A stretch of 64,000 bases of DNA from Octopus sinensis (lineage: Eukaryota). The notes under the pieces were generated by a model. The model was not told the DNA's origin, ran no database searches, and was given only the letters and a program-made list of their open reading frames with translations. The position numbers were made by a program, and so were the translations under genes. Shown here piece by piece: positions 39,080-52,346 of the stretch; the first letter of the stretch is position 1; every line of letters starts with the position of its first letter. The stretch is taken from the NCBI RefSeq assembly GCF_006345805.1, contig NC_042997.1:27714001-27778000 (forward strand), written 5' to 3'.

Positions 39080-40400
39080 TTTACAGATAGTAAAATACTC
39101 AGTAATCTTAATGAATAAAATTAGAGTAGGCCATAGCCTAACTAGTAACATAGCTACCATCATAGATAGCCTCGATCAACAATAATAAAGCTAGATGCCT
39201 TCTAGGAAACTAGGAAAAATACCAACATAAAACATAAATGCCAACAGGCAAATGAAATAAATCTCGTCCCTAATAAGTCGCCCTCAAACAACACGGACAA
39301 CGACTTGATAAATAATAACCCCTGCAGCATAACACAAGCACACATAAACTGAATAATCTTTATGGCTGCAGAGACAGAAATAAGTGTAAATTCTCCAATA
39401 GGTGTCAAATAAAAAAAACGTAATATACCAATGCAACGTACCCGCAAATAACTATACGAAATCTTATATAGGAGCCACGAAAAGCGAAATGATACTTAGA
39501 TACAAATCCCACCAATCCACCTTTAGAAATAGAAGTAAAGCAAACTCTACGGGCCTTAGTAGCTACATCTGGGAATTAAGAGACAAAAAAATCAACTATA
39601 GTTTAGAATGGCATATCCTAGCAAAAACGTCGTCTTATACCAATAACAATAAGCACTGTAAGCTATGTTTAACAGAGAAACTACTAATTTTAATGGCCAA
39701 GTCACCTCTACTCAATAAAAGGTATGAAAATAATTTTTTTGTTTGCATAAAGGTCGGTTCGTATTCTCCAAGTTTCGTTATCCCTCCCATTCCTGTATAC
39801 ACCACTATCTCCTAGCTTAAATATTATTAGCAGATCTACTTATCAGCGTATTACAACCCTTTAATCGTCCCGAACCACATTATAAATAAATAAAAATAGC
39901 TATATCCTACGCTAGCCTACCCCAAAATATATTATCAATAAATAATATACCTAATCAACTTTCTACGATAGCCTACCTTTTTCCTATTATTCTTTTCAGT
40001 CGAGAACTACCAACTCTTTTTCCACGTTACATTATCCTTCTTCTATCTTTTTTTCTTTTCCTTTTCATTGCACTCCTCAAACCTAAATATCATTCCGATA
40101 CTTTGTCTTTACACGCTAAATCGTACTCGTGGAAGTCATGCTAATAACTAATTACGAAACTTCAGATTCAACCAATCTCTATTCTTCAACTGCCTCACAA
40201 TGGATTTAATGAACTTTGAAACCAACTAAAATGTAAGACTTTCGAATCATTGAACATTATATTTTCCGATTTCTCCCTCTATCTTTCGCTCTATTCTCCG
40301 CTTTTTCTATCTCTGCCTTCTTCGTTCTGATGACGTCTACCATTTGCAACGAGGTAAATACATATTTACCTCAATAAGGTACACAGGAACAGCCGTAAAC
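39080..40400 (+). mobile_element. Penelope-like element 3' part: linker, GIY-YIG endonuclease, 3' region with degenerate hammerhead
   Basis: GCRDRNKC linker, then NVIYQCNV...YIGATKSEMILRYKSHQSTF...LSSYIWELR...CKLCLTEKLLI...LLNKRYE (ORF 39402-39815). The Cys pattern recalls the Naiad clade (recollection, unverified). Confidence 0.85.
40321..40400 (+). ncRNA. Degenerate type I hammerhead downstream of the PLE GIY-YIG
   Basis: CTGATGA 40327-40333; stem gtctacc/ggtacac (6 of 7); inner perfect 10-bp hairpin gaggtaaata/tatttacctc; GGAA instead of GAAA; cagccg-TA. Confidence 0.6.
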
Positions 40401-41128
40401 TCATTCTTACCTTCACCATGCTTAACTAATTAAATAATGGCTTTTTAGCACCAAAGATACACTTCTATTGTTTGTTTATCCTCCATTTTCTTATCATCTA
40501 TATATACATTAAACTACAATTTACCATTATATACTACCTGCTGCCGTATACCTTATACCAAGGACCAAACTTACTGAGGTAATTACCAGGAGTGGCACTG
40601 GATACTTCTATTCCTTAGAGGGCTTAACACCTCTAACTTATACCTTATACACAAACACACTCACATATATATATATTCTATGTGTTAATATGTACCTCCT
40701 TGCGACAATGTAAACTTTGATTTAATCATGATATCCTTGGCCTGAAGTGTAGCCCGTGGTATACACATCACTTGGAAATTTACCACTTCCGAGGTTCCGC
40801 TCGTTATGAAACATATGTAACCCGGATCGAATCTACTCAATTTCTTAACTCTTGTATTCTTATTCGTATACCCGAATAAACACACCTATGATCAAATACT
40901 TTTCAGCTACGACAATTCCATCTATTTAGGGTATTGCCTACTCCAGATTACAATTTCTGATGTATCCCCTTAGATACATTAGACTGTATCAAGTTGAGAT
41001 TTGAGTCAGATATGATTGCAACCTTTTACAAATCAAGCGACTACGTAGAGGCTGTCTTGCCTTATAGCATTTCTATGTCGTTATTGTTGCTGCTTAGCAT
41101 TGATCGGGTATTCCTATCATAACTGCTA

Positions 41129-41196
<68 letters not shown>

Positions 41197-41489
41197 TAGG
41201 GTCATATTAACTTTTACACCTTTAAACTAATGAAGATGGTGGGTCGATATGGGGGTAAGATATGGTTGCTATTTCTAGCAGGCTCGTAGAAGCATCATCA
41301 TTGCTTTTCACTGTTATTTTCATCTGTTTAGAAGTGAATGTCTTCAGATGTAGTTTAGTGCCAGTTCAACCTTGGTAAAGTAAACCTATAATTAAAAGTA
41401 ATCAAACTAGAAGCTCCCAATTCTGTCGGGGATTTCAAGAAACACATTATTTAAGGTAGAGTGTATTGAGAGACATAAATATGTATACT

Positions 41490-41550
<61 letters not shown>

Positions 41551-41640
41551 GCATATTACAGTTTTTGTATATATATGGGCGAGAAAATGCACACGATATA
41601 TATAATCCTTTCTACAAGGCCTGAACTTTGAGAGAAAGGG

Positions 41641-42058
41641 ATAGTCGATTACATCGCCCCCAGTGCGTAACTGGTACTTAATTTATTGACACCGAAAGGA
41701 TGAAAAGCATAGTAAACCTCGGCGGAATTTGAACTCAGAACGTAAAGACAGACGAAATGCTGCTAAGCATTTCGCCCGGCGTGCTAACGTTTCTGCCAGC
41801 TAGCTACCTTAATAAAATTGTGTGAACAATACGAAATAATTCTTTCTATTATAGGCACAAGGTCTGAAATTCGGATGGTGAGGGAGGGGTTAAGTCAATT
41901 ACATTGACCTCAGTGTTCAACTGGTACTTAATTTATCGACCCTGAAAGGATGAAAGGTAAATCGACCTCGGTGGAATTTGAACTCAGAACGTAGCGAAGA
42001 GCGAGGCGAAATACCGCTAAGAATTTCATCCAGTGCGCTAACGATTCTGCCAGCTTGC
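41641..42058 (-). mobile_element. Two SINE family B copies
   Basis: Reverse-complement matches at 41641-41810 and 41890-42058. Confidence 0.85.
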
Positions 42059-43202
42059 GGTCTTGTACACGATATGTATAATAACAAATGATTGCATGTC
42101 GACTTTGAGTAGTATTCAATTAACGAAACGGTTTCCTCATTGAAGTATCGTACGAAATGGCAGAGTATTCCACAGACAAATGTACTCTTTCTAAACACTG
42201 TGATACAGTGTGCATTAGTGTTTATGTATTCGATCGAAGCTGATGATTCATTTAATCACCATTCCGTCTGTCTTTATCGTTTAGTGTTTTATCGTCTGAA
42301 CGAACTTCACGGAAGGCGTGTGCCTCTGTGGTTAGTGTATTTGGCTTACGGTTGTGAGTTTAATTACCAGCAGCGCGTTGTGTCCTTGTGCAAAAAAACT
42401 TTATTTCGCGTTGTTCCAGTCCAGTCAGCTGGTAATGATGAGTTCTACCTGTAATTCAGAGAGCTAGTCTTGTCACATTCTGTGTTTGGCGCTGAATTTT
42501 CCTCAGAACTATGTTAAGGCTACGCGTGTCTGTAGAATACTATGCCACTTGCAGGTCAATTGGACGAGCCGGCTCTTCCGTTGATCGAATCAACTGGAAC
42601 TCTCATCGTCCTTACCAGAGTCAGCCAGCCTGAACGAACACACGGAGTTAAAAACTTGAAGGAAATATTCAACTTTCACAGACTAAATTCCAATCATTTT
42701 TCACATTCTTTTCTAGAAACTAAAGTTCAATAAAAAATGTACTTTGACTTTCCTGTTATCTCCTTATTACACAGCATTATATATGTCGAATCAATGATAT
42801 AATATGTTGCACTATACGAAACGGTCAAACGACTTGAAATTGCAACGAAATCTGCGAATCACCTATAACATTTCATCCTAAATAAAGATACATTGTCATG
42901 GATGAAATACTTCTAAATCACGTATCTGCTAAGTCTGAAATAACCTGCAAATAAAAACCAATAATACAGAATATACGAGCCAATAAGACGGCCTCCGCGT
43001 AATCAGTTAGCATACAAAAAATGTCCGCAACATATTCCTCATTTTACACTATCATTTTGAAAGAAGAAAGATACACTGGATTATGTAGTGCTAAGCATAA
43101 AAGCCACGAAAGAAATTTAATAGAATAGAATATACTACAGTATAATATAATATATTAGTATAATATAACATGATACTTGCTGTGAATGTAATAAATACCT
43201 AC

Positions 43203-43495
43203 CATTTATGTCTAGGTACTAAAGTAAATAGCAAAGCCAGCAGACAGAACATGAAATCGGAAAATGCCAAAGCGATCATTCCGTAGTGTGCTGACTTTTC
43301 CATTTTGGACAGGTTCCGTTGCATTTTCTCTCTGCTGAGGACAAGCATATTTAGCAAGTTGCCAAGTAATCCTATGACGCAAACTGTTGGTACCGCAAAA
43401 TCCATAATTGCTTTGCTTATAGAAGACAGCACTTCATTTTCTGGACTTTCTGGCCGCGTCGTTGTGTTCTGTAGGGTGCTGTTCGGGCAATCCAT
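43203..43495 (-). CDS. Class A GPCR (FMRFamide/sex-peptide-receptor-like), first coding exon: N-terminus, TM1, TM2
   Basis: ATG at 43495 gives MDCPNSTLQNTTT (N-glycosylation sequons), TM1 VCVIGLLGNLLNMLVL (GN motif) and TM2 GMIALAFSDFMFCLL (LAxxD). The exon ends at a strong donor ATG|GTAGGT (GT at 43202-43201), phase 2. Confidence 0.93.
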
Positions 43496-43501
43496 GATTA
43501 C

Positions 43502-43525
43502 CTGTGAAAAAAACAAAAACAAAGA
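43502..43525 (-). promoter_or_regulatory. 3' splice acceptor 6 nt upstream of the GPCR ATG, implying an upstream 5' exon
   Basis: Minus strand reads tttgtttttgtttttttcacag|GTAATCATGG: long polypyrimidine tract plus CAG. Confidence 0.75.
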
Positions 43526-43589
43526 TTTTCGTTATATATTCTACAATTTTAGTAAACGCTAATATATGTATGTATATACATATATATAT

Positions 43590-44110
43590 AGTCAATCCAA
43601 ACATGAACAAGCAAGAAAAAACAACAACTCGAGGACGTGGAATAAGTACAGTGTTATTGGACACTCACACAACAGAAAGAAAATAACGAAGATTTCATGT
43701 TTCGTGCGGAGCTCTTCATTAGATACATAGAAAAAGTCCAAAGAAGGAAAGATGGAGAAACAAAATCGCCGTTACACACGCGGTCACACATTGAAAGGAC
43801 TGGGAGGGTATGGGGGAAGAAAAAGTTCTTTCAAAGACAGGAGAGTGGAAGAGAAGGAGGTAGATGCGTGTATGTGTGGGTACGTGCGTGGGCGCAGGTC
43901 TGTGTGTGTGTGTGTGTGTGCGTGTAATGATAGCATGTGTATGTGCATGTGTGTGTGTGGTTGTGGTTGTTTATGTATGTGTGTGGTTGGACTTAGTGTC
44001 GATTAAGGTCATAGGAAGTATCTATAGTAAGAATTTTGGTAGGAGTGGCTGTCTGTTGTGTGTCTACCTACACATATGCGTAGGAGAATGATCAGTAGAA
44101 AGGTGTTTAA
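43590..44110 (-). mobile_element. Family P1 repeat with longer upstream pLTR-like sequence and a decayed hammerhead
   Basis: Minus strand ctaatgaagagctccgcacgaaacatg. Flanking sequence matches the 13.6-kb and 34.5-kb copies. Ends about 90 nt before the acceptor at 43502. Confidence 0.7.
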
Positions 44111-44129
44111 CTGGTAGTTTGAAGTGTGT

Positions 44130-44880
44130 GTATGTATATGTAGTGTGTGTGTTTTGTTTACAGTGTGTCTGTGTATGTATGTGTGTGTACGTGTAGGTAT
44201 GTGTGTACGCGTGAGGTTGTGTCTGTGGAGTAAATGTACGTTACTCTGTGTGTGTGTGTGCGTGTATATGCTTGTATGTGTATGTGTGTGTGTCCATGTA
44301 TGTATAATTGTGTGCGTGTATGTATGAGTGTGTGCTGTGTGTGTATGGGAGGTATGTGTGGGTTCATGTGCGTGTGTGTAGGTGTGTGTGTGTATATATG
44401 TGCGTGCGTGTGAGTGTATGTGCGTGTGTTCGTGTGTGTGTATGTATGTGTGTGTGAATTTTGCGTGTGTGAACGAGAGGTTGTGTAGGGAGGTATATGT
44501 GCATCTTTTTGCATGTGTGTGTGTGCGTATGTATGTGTATGTGTATGTGTATATGTATGTGCGTGTAGTTGTGTGTGCGTGTATGTGTGCGTGTGTATAT
44601 GTGTGCGCGTGTGAGTATGCGGGTGTGTATACGTGTACGCTTGGGGTTGTGAGTGTTAGGTATGTGTGCCTTCGTGTGCGTGTGTGCGCGTGCGTATGTG
44701 TGCGCATGTGTGTGTATGTGTGTATGTGCATCCATACGTGTATGCGTATGTTTAGGATTCTTTGGGGGTGCGTGTAATAATGTGCGTGTTTGTATGAGTG
44801 TGTGCTGTGGGTGTTGGCGGTATGTGTGTGTGTACATGTGCGAGTGTGTGCATGTATGTGTATGTATGTGTGTATATGTG
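44130..44880. repeat. Degenerate (TG)n-rich simple repeat
   Basis: Seen directly. Confidence 0.9.
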
Positions 44881-46255
44881 ACGCTCCCCCCTTCACTCTC
44901 TTGACCACTAGCTTCCCTAAGCTTACCTCTTCCTCTCCTTTCTCTGCCCTCCACCCTTCACTCAGCCCATTCTCCGTTTCCTTCTTAATCTCAACTACTA
45001 ACTCCACAATTTCCTCACACATAAAAACAGAAAACTCCACCGCCTCCTCAACCCCTTCCCCTCCCCCTTCAACTCTCCGATAACTCCCTATCCCGCATTC
45101 ACCATGCCCCCCCTCCTGCACCCCACCCCTACACCCCGACATTCCCACTCCTATCCCACCCCCACCTAACCATTCCATCCCTCCTCCACACACCTCTGCA
45201 CCCGCTCTTTCCGACTCCACTCACCCCATCACACTGCTACCAACCTCGCCCTGTCCGCTGCCGAGCACTCACTCCTCAGTAGGGGACTCCGCTTCACGGC
45301 TCTCACGCCCCACTGTGACGAATTTGAGACCGACACCGACGTCAGCCACTTCCTGCGCCGCATCAAACTATGTGCGTTTTTTCACACGTCTACACAGCGT
45401 CACGACAATCTGGATTGCTTTTCGGAGCTGGGGCGCCGCCCATCCAACTGGACGCCGCCTCCAGGCCAATTCAGTAGCCTAGACTTTTGAGCCCAGGATT
45501 TTGAGACCCAGTCCCAGTACCTTGCCCGCCTGTTCAGGCATCGAGGATACCCCTCAATCCTTGTCCAAACCGCCCTTGCCCGCGCTCGTCGAATCGATCG
45601 CACCACCGCCCTTTATCCTTTCTCACACTAACCCCCTAACCGCACCCTCTTTCACTTCTGTTTCCACCCTTCCATCCTACCCCTTCGTTGGAGGATCCAA
45701 CGGTCCTTCTGTCGTCTCCAGCTTGATCCCACCACCCGCCCCATTTTCTCCAACCAACCCTTGTCCTCATTTAAACGCGCCCGGAAACTACGTGATCTGG
45801 TCCGTAGCAGCTTCTCTTCTTCCCCCCAGTCCTACCCGGATCCTTCCCGTGCTTCAGATCCCGTTGTCACACCTGTCCCTTCATCACCAACACTTCTTCT
45901 CTCACTTGTCCCAATCAGCACATTCTTCGCATAACAAATTCCTTCTATTGCACCTCTTCTAGCCTCATATACTGTATTAGATGCAACCTCTGTGGTAAAC
46001 TATATGTAGGTCAGACGGGCCGCCAACTGGCCGATAGGTTCACCGAATATCTAAGGGATATTCGACTACGTTCGAACACCCCCGTCGCCCGTCACTTCCG
46101 CCTGGCGAACCACTACTCCTCTAACATTTCCGTCTTTGGCCTCACTCGGCACCACGGATCCACACACTCGCGACTCCGCTTGGAACATCAGTATATCTTT
46201 AATCTACGAACAACTATCCCCTCCAGACTAAAAACAATCCCCTCTTCCTATTGAC
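44880..46255 (+). mobile_element. Penelope-like element (Neptune-like) with the RT core deleted
   Basis: N-terminal LLSRGLRF and HFLRRIKL join directly to the RT thumb (LFRHRGYP), then a C..C.TC linker and GIY-YIG LIYCIRCNLCGKLYVGQTGRQLADRF...PVARHF. Several frameshifts. Confidence 0.85.
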
Positions 46256-46648
46256 TGCCTCTACACCTCCTGCAACATTTTTCATTTTTTGTTTTTTGTT
46301 TTTAATTGCGCCATTTTCTATTGCATTAATTTTTTTACCCCCTTTTAAACTTATTTTTTATAATTTATTATAATTTTTATTTCTATATACTCGAACACAT
46401 ACACACACATACGTACATATCTACACGCACAAAAACACACGCACCCGTGCATACACATGGACGCATAATTACCTCCCACACACACCATACACATATACAC
46501 ACAGGCACAGACACACGCACACGCACACACGCGCATACACGCACACACACATGCACAAACACACGCTCACACACACGCATACACTAACTCACATACACAC
46601 ACAATATATACATACACACAATATATATACATACACGCACACACACAT

Positions 46649-46681
<33 letters not shown>

Positions 46682-46759
46682 CATATACACATATACATAT
46701 ATATGTACATACACGTACATATACGTGTATACATAAGTGTACATGTATACATACATATG

Positions 46760-46796
<37 letters not shown>

Positions 46797-47659
46797 GTGA
46801 GTGTTTGTGTGTATGTACATATGAAAGAAGAAATATATTTCAGAATAATGTTTTTGCTTTTTATTCCGAGCTAAAGGGATAAACACGCAAATGAATGGCA
46901 TAAACGAATGAATTGCCCGCTTTAAATGCTTGGAGCAATGAAACGTAAATTCATATCGAAATGATTTTTCAATTTTCAACGTAGAGAGCCTTGTAATTCT
47001 ATTTTTTAACATCCTAGCTTGCTTAGTGGCAAAAGAAAAGAACAAAAAAAAAGCGCTGAAGTTTAAAGTGAAAAAAGATAGAATATTTATGATAATCACG
47101 CCACCTGAAAGATTTAAAATACTTTCCTTTAGCAATGGTTTGAAATGGAAAAAAGTACGATGGTTCTGAAGCTTTAATGATGTTCTGATCGTAAATATCT
47201 TCCTTAATTGACTGTGTTCCTTATCCCTGTAGCAAACTGGGTAACAAATAAAATCCTTAGTAATGCACTTCACATTGAAATTTAAAAAAAGAACCCAGCA
47301 AAGCTTTAAAATTATGAAGTTAGAAAAATATTGAAAATTGTTGATTGATTTGTTAATCGTACACATGCATTAAAAGTTGTGACATCTCTTCAAGATACTC
47401 AAGTATTAGTATGGATTTTCTAAATACTTAAAGTATAGTTTTTGAAATTTTGATTGAGTTGGATACCTCAAGCGTCACACCAACGTAGTACGGTGCAGTG
47501 TTTGAGAAGCGGGCTCAAGCTGTTCCATGGTCCCTGCGTGAAACCAACCGGACAACAATACTAAAACAATAGCAATAATAACAAGAACAAAAAAGATTAT
47601 CTCTGAACTTCTAGCCGAAAATGTTGTTCAAGGAATTATAATCGACATTCTTATTTCTT

Positions 47660-48072
47660 TACTGCCCACAAGGGGCTACACACAGAGGGGACAGACAAAC
47701 AAGGACAGACAAACGGATTAAGTCGATTATATCGACTCCAGTGCATAACTGGTCCTTCTTTAATCGACCCCGAAAGGATGAAAGGCAAAGTCGACCTCGG
47801 CGGAATTTGAACTCAGAACGTAGCGGCAGACGAAATACCCATTTCTTTACTATCCACAAGGGGCTAAACACAGAGAGGACAAAAAAGGACAGACAATCGG
47901 ATTAAGTCGATTATATCGACCCCAGTGAGTAACTAGTACTTAGCTTATCGACCCCGAAAGGATGAAAGACAAAGTCGACCTCGGCGGAATTTGAACTCAG
48001 AACGTAACGGCAGACGAAATACGACTAAGCATTTCGCCCGGCGTGCTAACGTTTCTGCCAGCTCGCCGCCTT
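47660..48072 (-). mobile_element. SINE family B, tandem units
   Basis: Reverse-complement match with a repeated central domain. Confidence 0.85.
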
Positions 48073-48954
48073 CGACATTCTGGGTATTTTATAATTGACA
48101 TTCTGGCTATTTCTAAGACATCGGAGTTGACGTTATTTAGAAATCCTTAACAGAATGAAGAGATTCCTCTAATCCTACAGATTTCTCTAGTCGGCTCGCA
48201 TGTGTCAAATGCTAATCCTCTTATAAGATTAACTCAAGATTGCAACTGAAAAAGTCAAGTTGTGGGAAAGCTTTTCTGATGAATGAATTTACCACTAATG
48301 GGATAGTGCAAGCTAAGGAACCAATATGTGGTGTGGATATAGCCAACAGCTTGAAGTTCATCCCACCTGATGAAAGAGCCTGCTTCGTACACAAGAAATA
48401 AAGAAACAGAAACAAGCATTTCAGTCTTGTGAAGTATTCTCCAATATGCACCATAACGTCAGCTCATAATATGATACAGTGGACTTTCAGGGGTAATAAT
48501 TTCCATAGATATCTTGTATCAGCAGATTTTCGTGTGGATTTGATTTTACACGTTTTCGTCAGTTTTAGTTTTCTAGGCAACTAAACAGCTTGAGTTCTCT
48601 TAGTTCTGTAGAGCTTCTGCGGAAACTTTGCGTCTGGAGGACAAGAAAGATTATCAGGAAGATCTTTAGCACTTGAAATACTATTGAAAGCTTGTGAATA
48701 CCTAAGGTTACTGATAGTAACCTGCAACCCTCGCAAATTCCACCAGGAATCATAAGGAATCCGAGTAAAATCAACAACAGCAGCAACAACAATAACAATG
48801 ATAATATAGCAACTCTTTTATTAGCCATAAGAGTCGTACACAAAGCAAAATGGATGATTCAAAACAAAGGCAAGTGGGGATTTACATATAGCATATGTAA
48901 ACGATAAAACAATAGAAAAACGACGATGCTGTGGTGATCTCATTCTTGCTCACA

Positions 48955-49280
48955 ACATCATAAGCGGAAAGTGTAACCTCTCGAAAGAGCTGTTCTTCAC
49001 TCCTGCTCCAGAGCGTCGGCTGCGGGGTCATTCCTAAAAACTCTATCTGCGACGATTTCATCTCAATCGAAGGAGAGGGGCTTTCTCCGTCCGGGTTGCG
49101 GATCCGTGGAATAAGCTGCCGGACGAGATGGTGAAGATGCCAACGACAACTCGGTTCAAAGTCTCCCTTGACCACAAGTGGCCTGAACTCTTTACATGAA
49201 CACCACCTTGTACATAACTCCATGTCCCCCTACATGGCCTTGCTTTTTGCTTTTTGCGCCAAAAAATTAACTAACTAACT
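48955..49280 (+). mobile_element. CR1 LINE 3' end
   Basis: RRLRGHS*KL...AFSVRVADPWNKLPDEMVKMPTTTRFKVSLD, with an (aact)n tail. Confidence 0.85.
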
Positions 49281-49289
49281 AACATTTAA

Positions 49290-49880
49290 AAATAAAATAT
49301 TAGATTAGAAATTCCCCAGAAAGGGGTGATCTCCATCCAGGGCAAACAAGGAACCCGACTCATCCTAGAAACATCAATTATCAAAGGCACTTCAAGCAGG
49401 CAACCCACGCCTCTTCCTTTCCTCCGGCCGGCCAACAGGTGTATACACAGAGTAGATCTATTCACTCGGGCCATCCTCGCCACATTCCCTCATCTTTCAC
49501 CCCAAATACTAAGAGCAGCACTTCCCTCTCCACCTTCACTTTCCTGCTCAGGTGGAATTCGGCCAATATCGACGAGGATTTGGTCAAAGAGAAAAGTATT
49601 TGTCTTTATTTCTTTGAACTTCGTCCACCACACTGTCTCTTTCGCCATAACCACCAGACAGAAGAAAACTGCTTGCTCTTCCCAATCAAAAATAGGCAGT
49701 GTGGCGATCCTCACGATGGACACGGCCGTCAGCCGCATTCGCCCTACAAGTGGTAACAGTTGTTCGATAAAGCTCCAGAAGTCAGCAATGTCTGGTCACT
49801 GGACGAGTGTATGCAGAACAGTTTCATTTCTCAGCACTCATCTCAACCAGATCCGTCTAACAAAACTTCGGTATGTGTAA
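49290..49880 (-). mobile_element. L1/Tx1-like LINE 3' end, tail-to-tail with the CR1 fragment
   Basis: ETVLHTLVQ*PDIADFW (zinc-finger-like region), VWWTK and RWGNVARMARVNRSTL resemble Tx1-type C-termini. Confidence 0.55.
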
Positions 49881-50084
49881 AGCTTGTCTCAAATCGGCAC
49901 AGCAACCCAGTAGTACTACTACCAAGTTAGGGATTTATGGAAATTTTTCATAGGCTTTGGTCTGAAAGTCCCCTTGAAAAAGACCAGCTACCTGACTTTC
50001 CCTGACATCCCGACTTTTTCATAGGAAGTCGTCAATTTTGTCCGCTACTAATTCCTAATAGCTCTCCAAGGTGAAACTTGGCAA

Positions 50085-50420
50085 GACGCGAGCTGATAGG
50101 AATGTCAGCACCGGGCAAAATGCATAGCTGTATTTTGTCTGTCTTAATGTTCTGAGTTCGAGTTCCGTCGGGGTCGACTTTACCTTTCATCATTTCAGGG
50201 TCGATAAAATGAGCAGTAGTCTCGCACTGAGGTCGACGAAATCAAATAGATCCTCATATACTCTAAGGCACTGAACTAGCAGAATCGCTAGCACACCGAC
50301 ATTTTGTCTGTCTTTACTTCTGAGTTCAAATTCCACCGAGGTCAATTTTGTCTTTCATCCTTTCGGGATCAATGAAATAAGTACCAGTTGAACACTAGGG
50401 TCGATATAATCAACTTGTCC
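50085..50420 (+). mobile_element. Two diverged SINE family B copies
   Basis: Head and central domain present twice. Confidence 0.75.
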
Positions 50421-52301
50421 CCTCCCCGACATTGCTGGCCCTGTAGCAAAATTAAATCTATATTTTATTACACTCCTACTTCTCCTTTCCGTCATTTGTC
50501 ACTCTTTCTCTTTCTTCTCGTCCATTGTTTTATCACTAACTTTCTGATAATCTCTCCCTCATGCTTATCTTTCAATATATTCTTGCCAATTTTCATCCAA
50601 TCTTTGAACATTCCCATTTTCTTCAATGCTATATTTTTTACGCACTGCTCGCTCGCACTCTCTTTTTTCTGTCCCACCTACATTTCCGTTGCCTTAACAA
50701 GACAGAAAATAAATGAATATACATGCATATTTATATATATATATATGTTATGTAAGCATGTATAGCATATGTATACATTTATCAATATATAAATAGACAA
50801 AAAAGTTTATTGATATAGATTCAGCATAATATACATATAAGCGTGGGCTTAGACGAATGCGTCAGACCTATTATAAGAAGGAGTGAATTACAAGTGAGAA
50901 TATTAAATTTTACTGCAGATACTGAAAGCAGAACAACTAATATGCGTTGGTGTAGCTGAATCCAATAAAACAGCGGACACATAAATGAAAGAGAAAATTA
51001 AAAAAAAATAACAGAAATAATAAGTCTAACATAAAAACTAAACGCATTGTTAATTGTTAGACATAAGGCAACGGGTATAAATATGCTAGCCATTTCACTT
51101 ATGAACTACAGCTTCAACATAGTAAACTAGAAGTTATTTGATCTGAAGAGCTAATACAGAAAACAAGGAAACTACTTGCAGAGTTCCAAAGCCACTACCC
51201 CTTGAGCTATTATAGGCAATACATACGTATCTTACACAGAGGTAGTAGAAATAAAAGGAAATAAAAAAAAACTACGTTACATATTCTGTACATAACAGGC
51301 GCAACAAGAAGACACCGAAAATAAAACACTCCACACTCCATATCAATACAACAATGATACAGAACGGTTACACAATATTTCATTCACCTCCGGGTAAATA
51401 GGAAATTGCATTCATCATTTCAACGAACCGGCCTTTCCTACGTAATCTGCGAGTAGAAAATGTTCTTCCTATGGTAGTGTTGGCTCCAGTATTAAGGGAA
51501 TATATCCGACATGATAAGTTTTGTCTCGGTGTACTTTTTTTTCTTGTTAAAAGAATATGAATACAAAATTGCAGATGAAGGGTGCAATAATGTACCAGAA
51601 AAAAGTTCTAAACGAACTTAACAAACTGAATACTCTATTAGATTTTGACAACTAGGAAGATTGAACAAATGAACTTCGTAGGCAAGACATCATTATATAT
51701 GGCATAAAATACCTTATATAAACTTTGCAATCTCTTCGAACAAAAACATACCAGACAAGGAAGTAGAAAAGGTCTATAAATATGTTGATTTTACAAGTAA
51801 ACCTATCAAAAATCTGTGGATGATCAGTTATCGAGTGTGCACTAGTTTTAATACCCCATACTCTAATACTACTTGGAATCCGAAGTAAGACATGAATGCT
51901 CCAGAACCCCTCCATCCTCGGAACCACTCATTTTCTAACAGAGGTACTTTCGATCTAAAGCCCTTTGTTTATGTTGACAGTTAACAGCAAAGTAAAAGCA
52001 ACACAGCCACAAAAAGGAAACGATATTTTGTATCCATATAAGTGGAAGTTTCTAAATGGTTGTTCTACTTGCTAGAAATAGGAGTAAAATTTTCATATAA
52101 TCAGACACAATATATAAAGTAACCAGAAGACACAATAGGTAAGATAACTGTAGATAACCTACGAAAAGATGAGATACTGATAGCGGGAATTCCTTTGATC
52201 ATATATCCGTCGTCAGAGTTAACCAAAAGCTAAGAAGCAACAACGATTTCACCACAAACAACTACACCAAAAACCTTATTCTCGTCGACAACTATGATTG
52301 T

Positions 52302-52346
52302 CACACGCTGATGATAGGTAAATACCTTGAAACTCGAGTCCGTGTG
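52302..52346 (+). ncRNA. Compact type I hammerhead ribozyme motif, GUC triplet
   Basis: Stem I cacacg/cgtgtg; CTGATGA 52308-52314; stem II aggt-aaat-acct with a U.U closing mismatch; GAAA 52329-52332; palindromic ACTCGAGT; predicted cut after 52340. Confidence 0.82.

Noticed and set aside
44009-45220. 403-aa minus-strand ORF
   Set aside because: Made of TG-repeat translation plus the antisense of a C-rich PLE region; no domain signal.
50900-51950. Possible decayed PLE on the minus strand
   Set aside because: Only loose motif resemblance; not supportable without a profile search.
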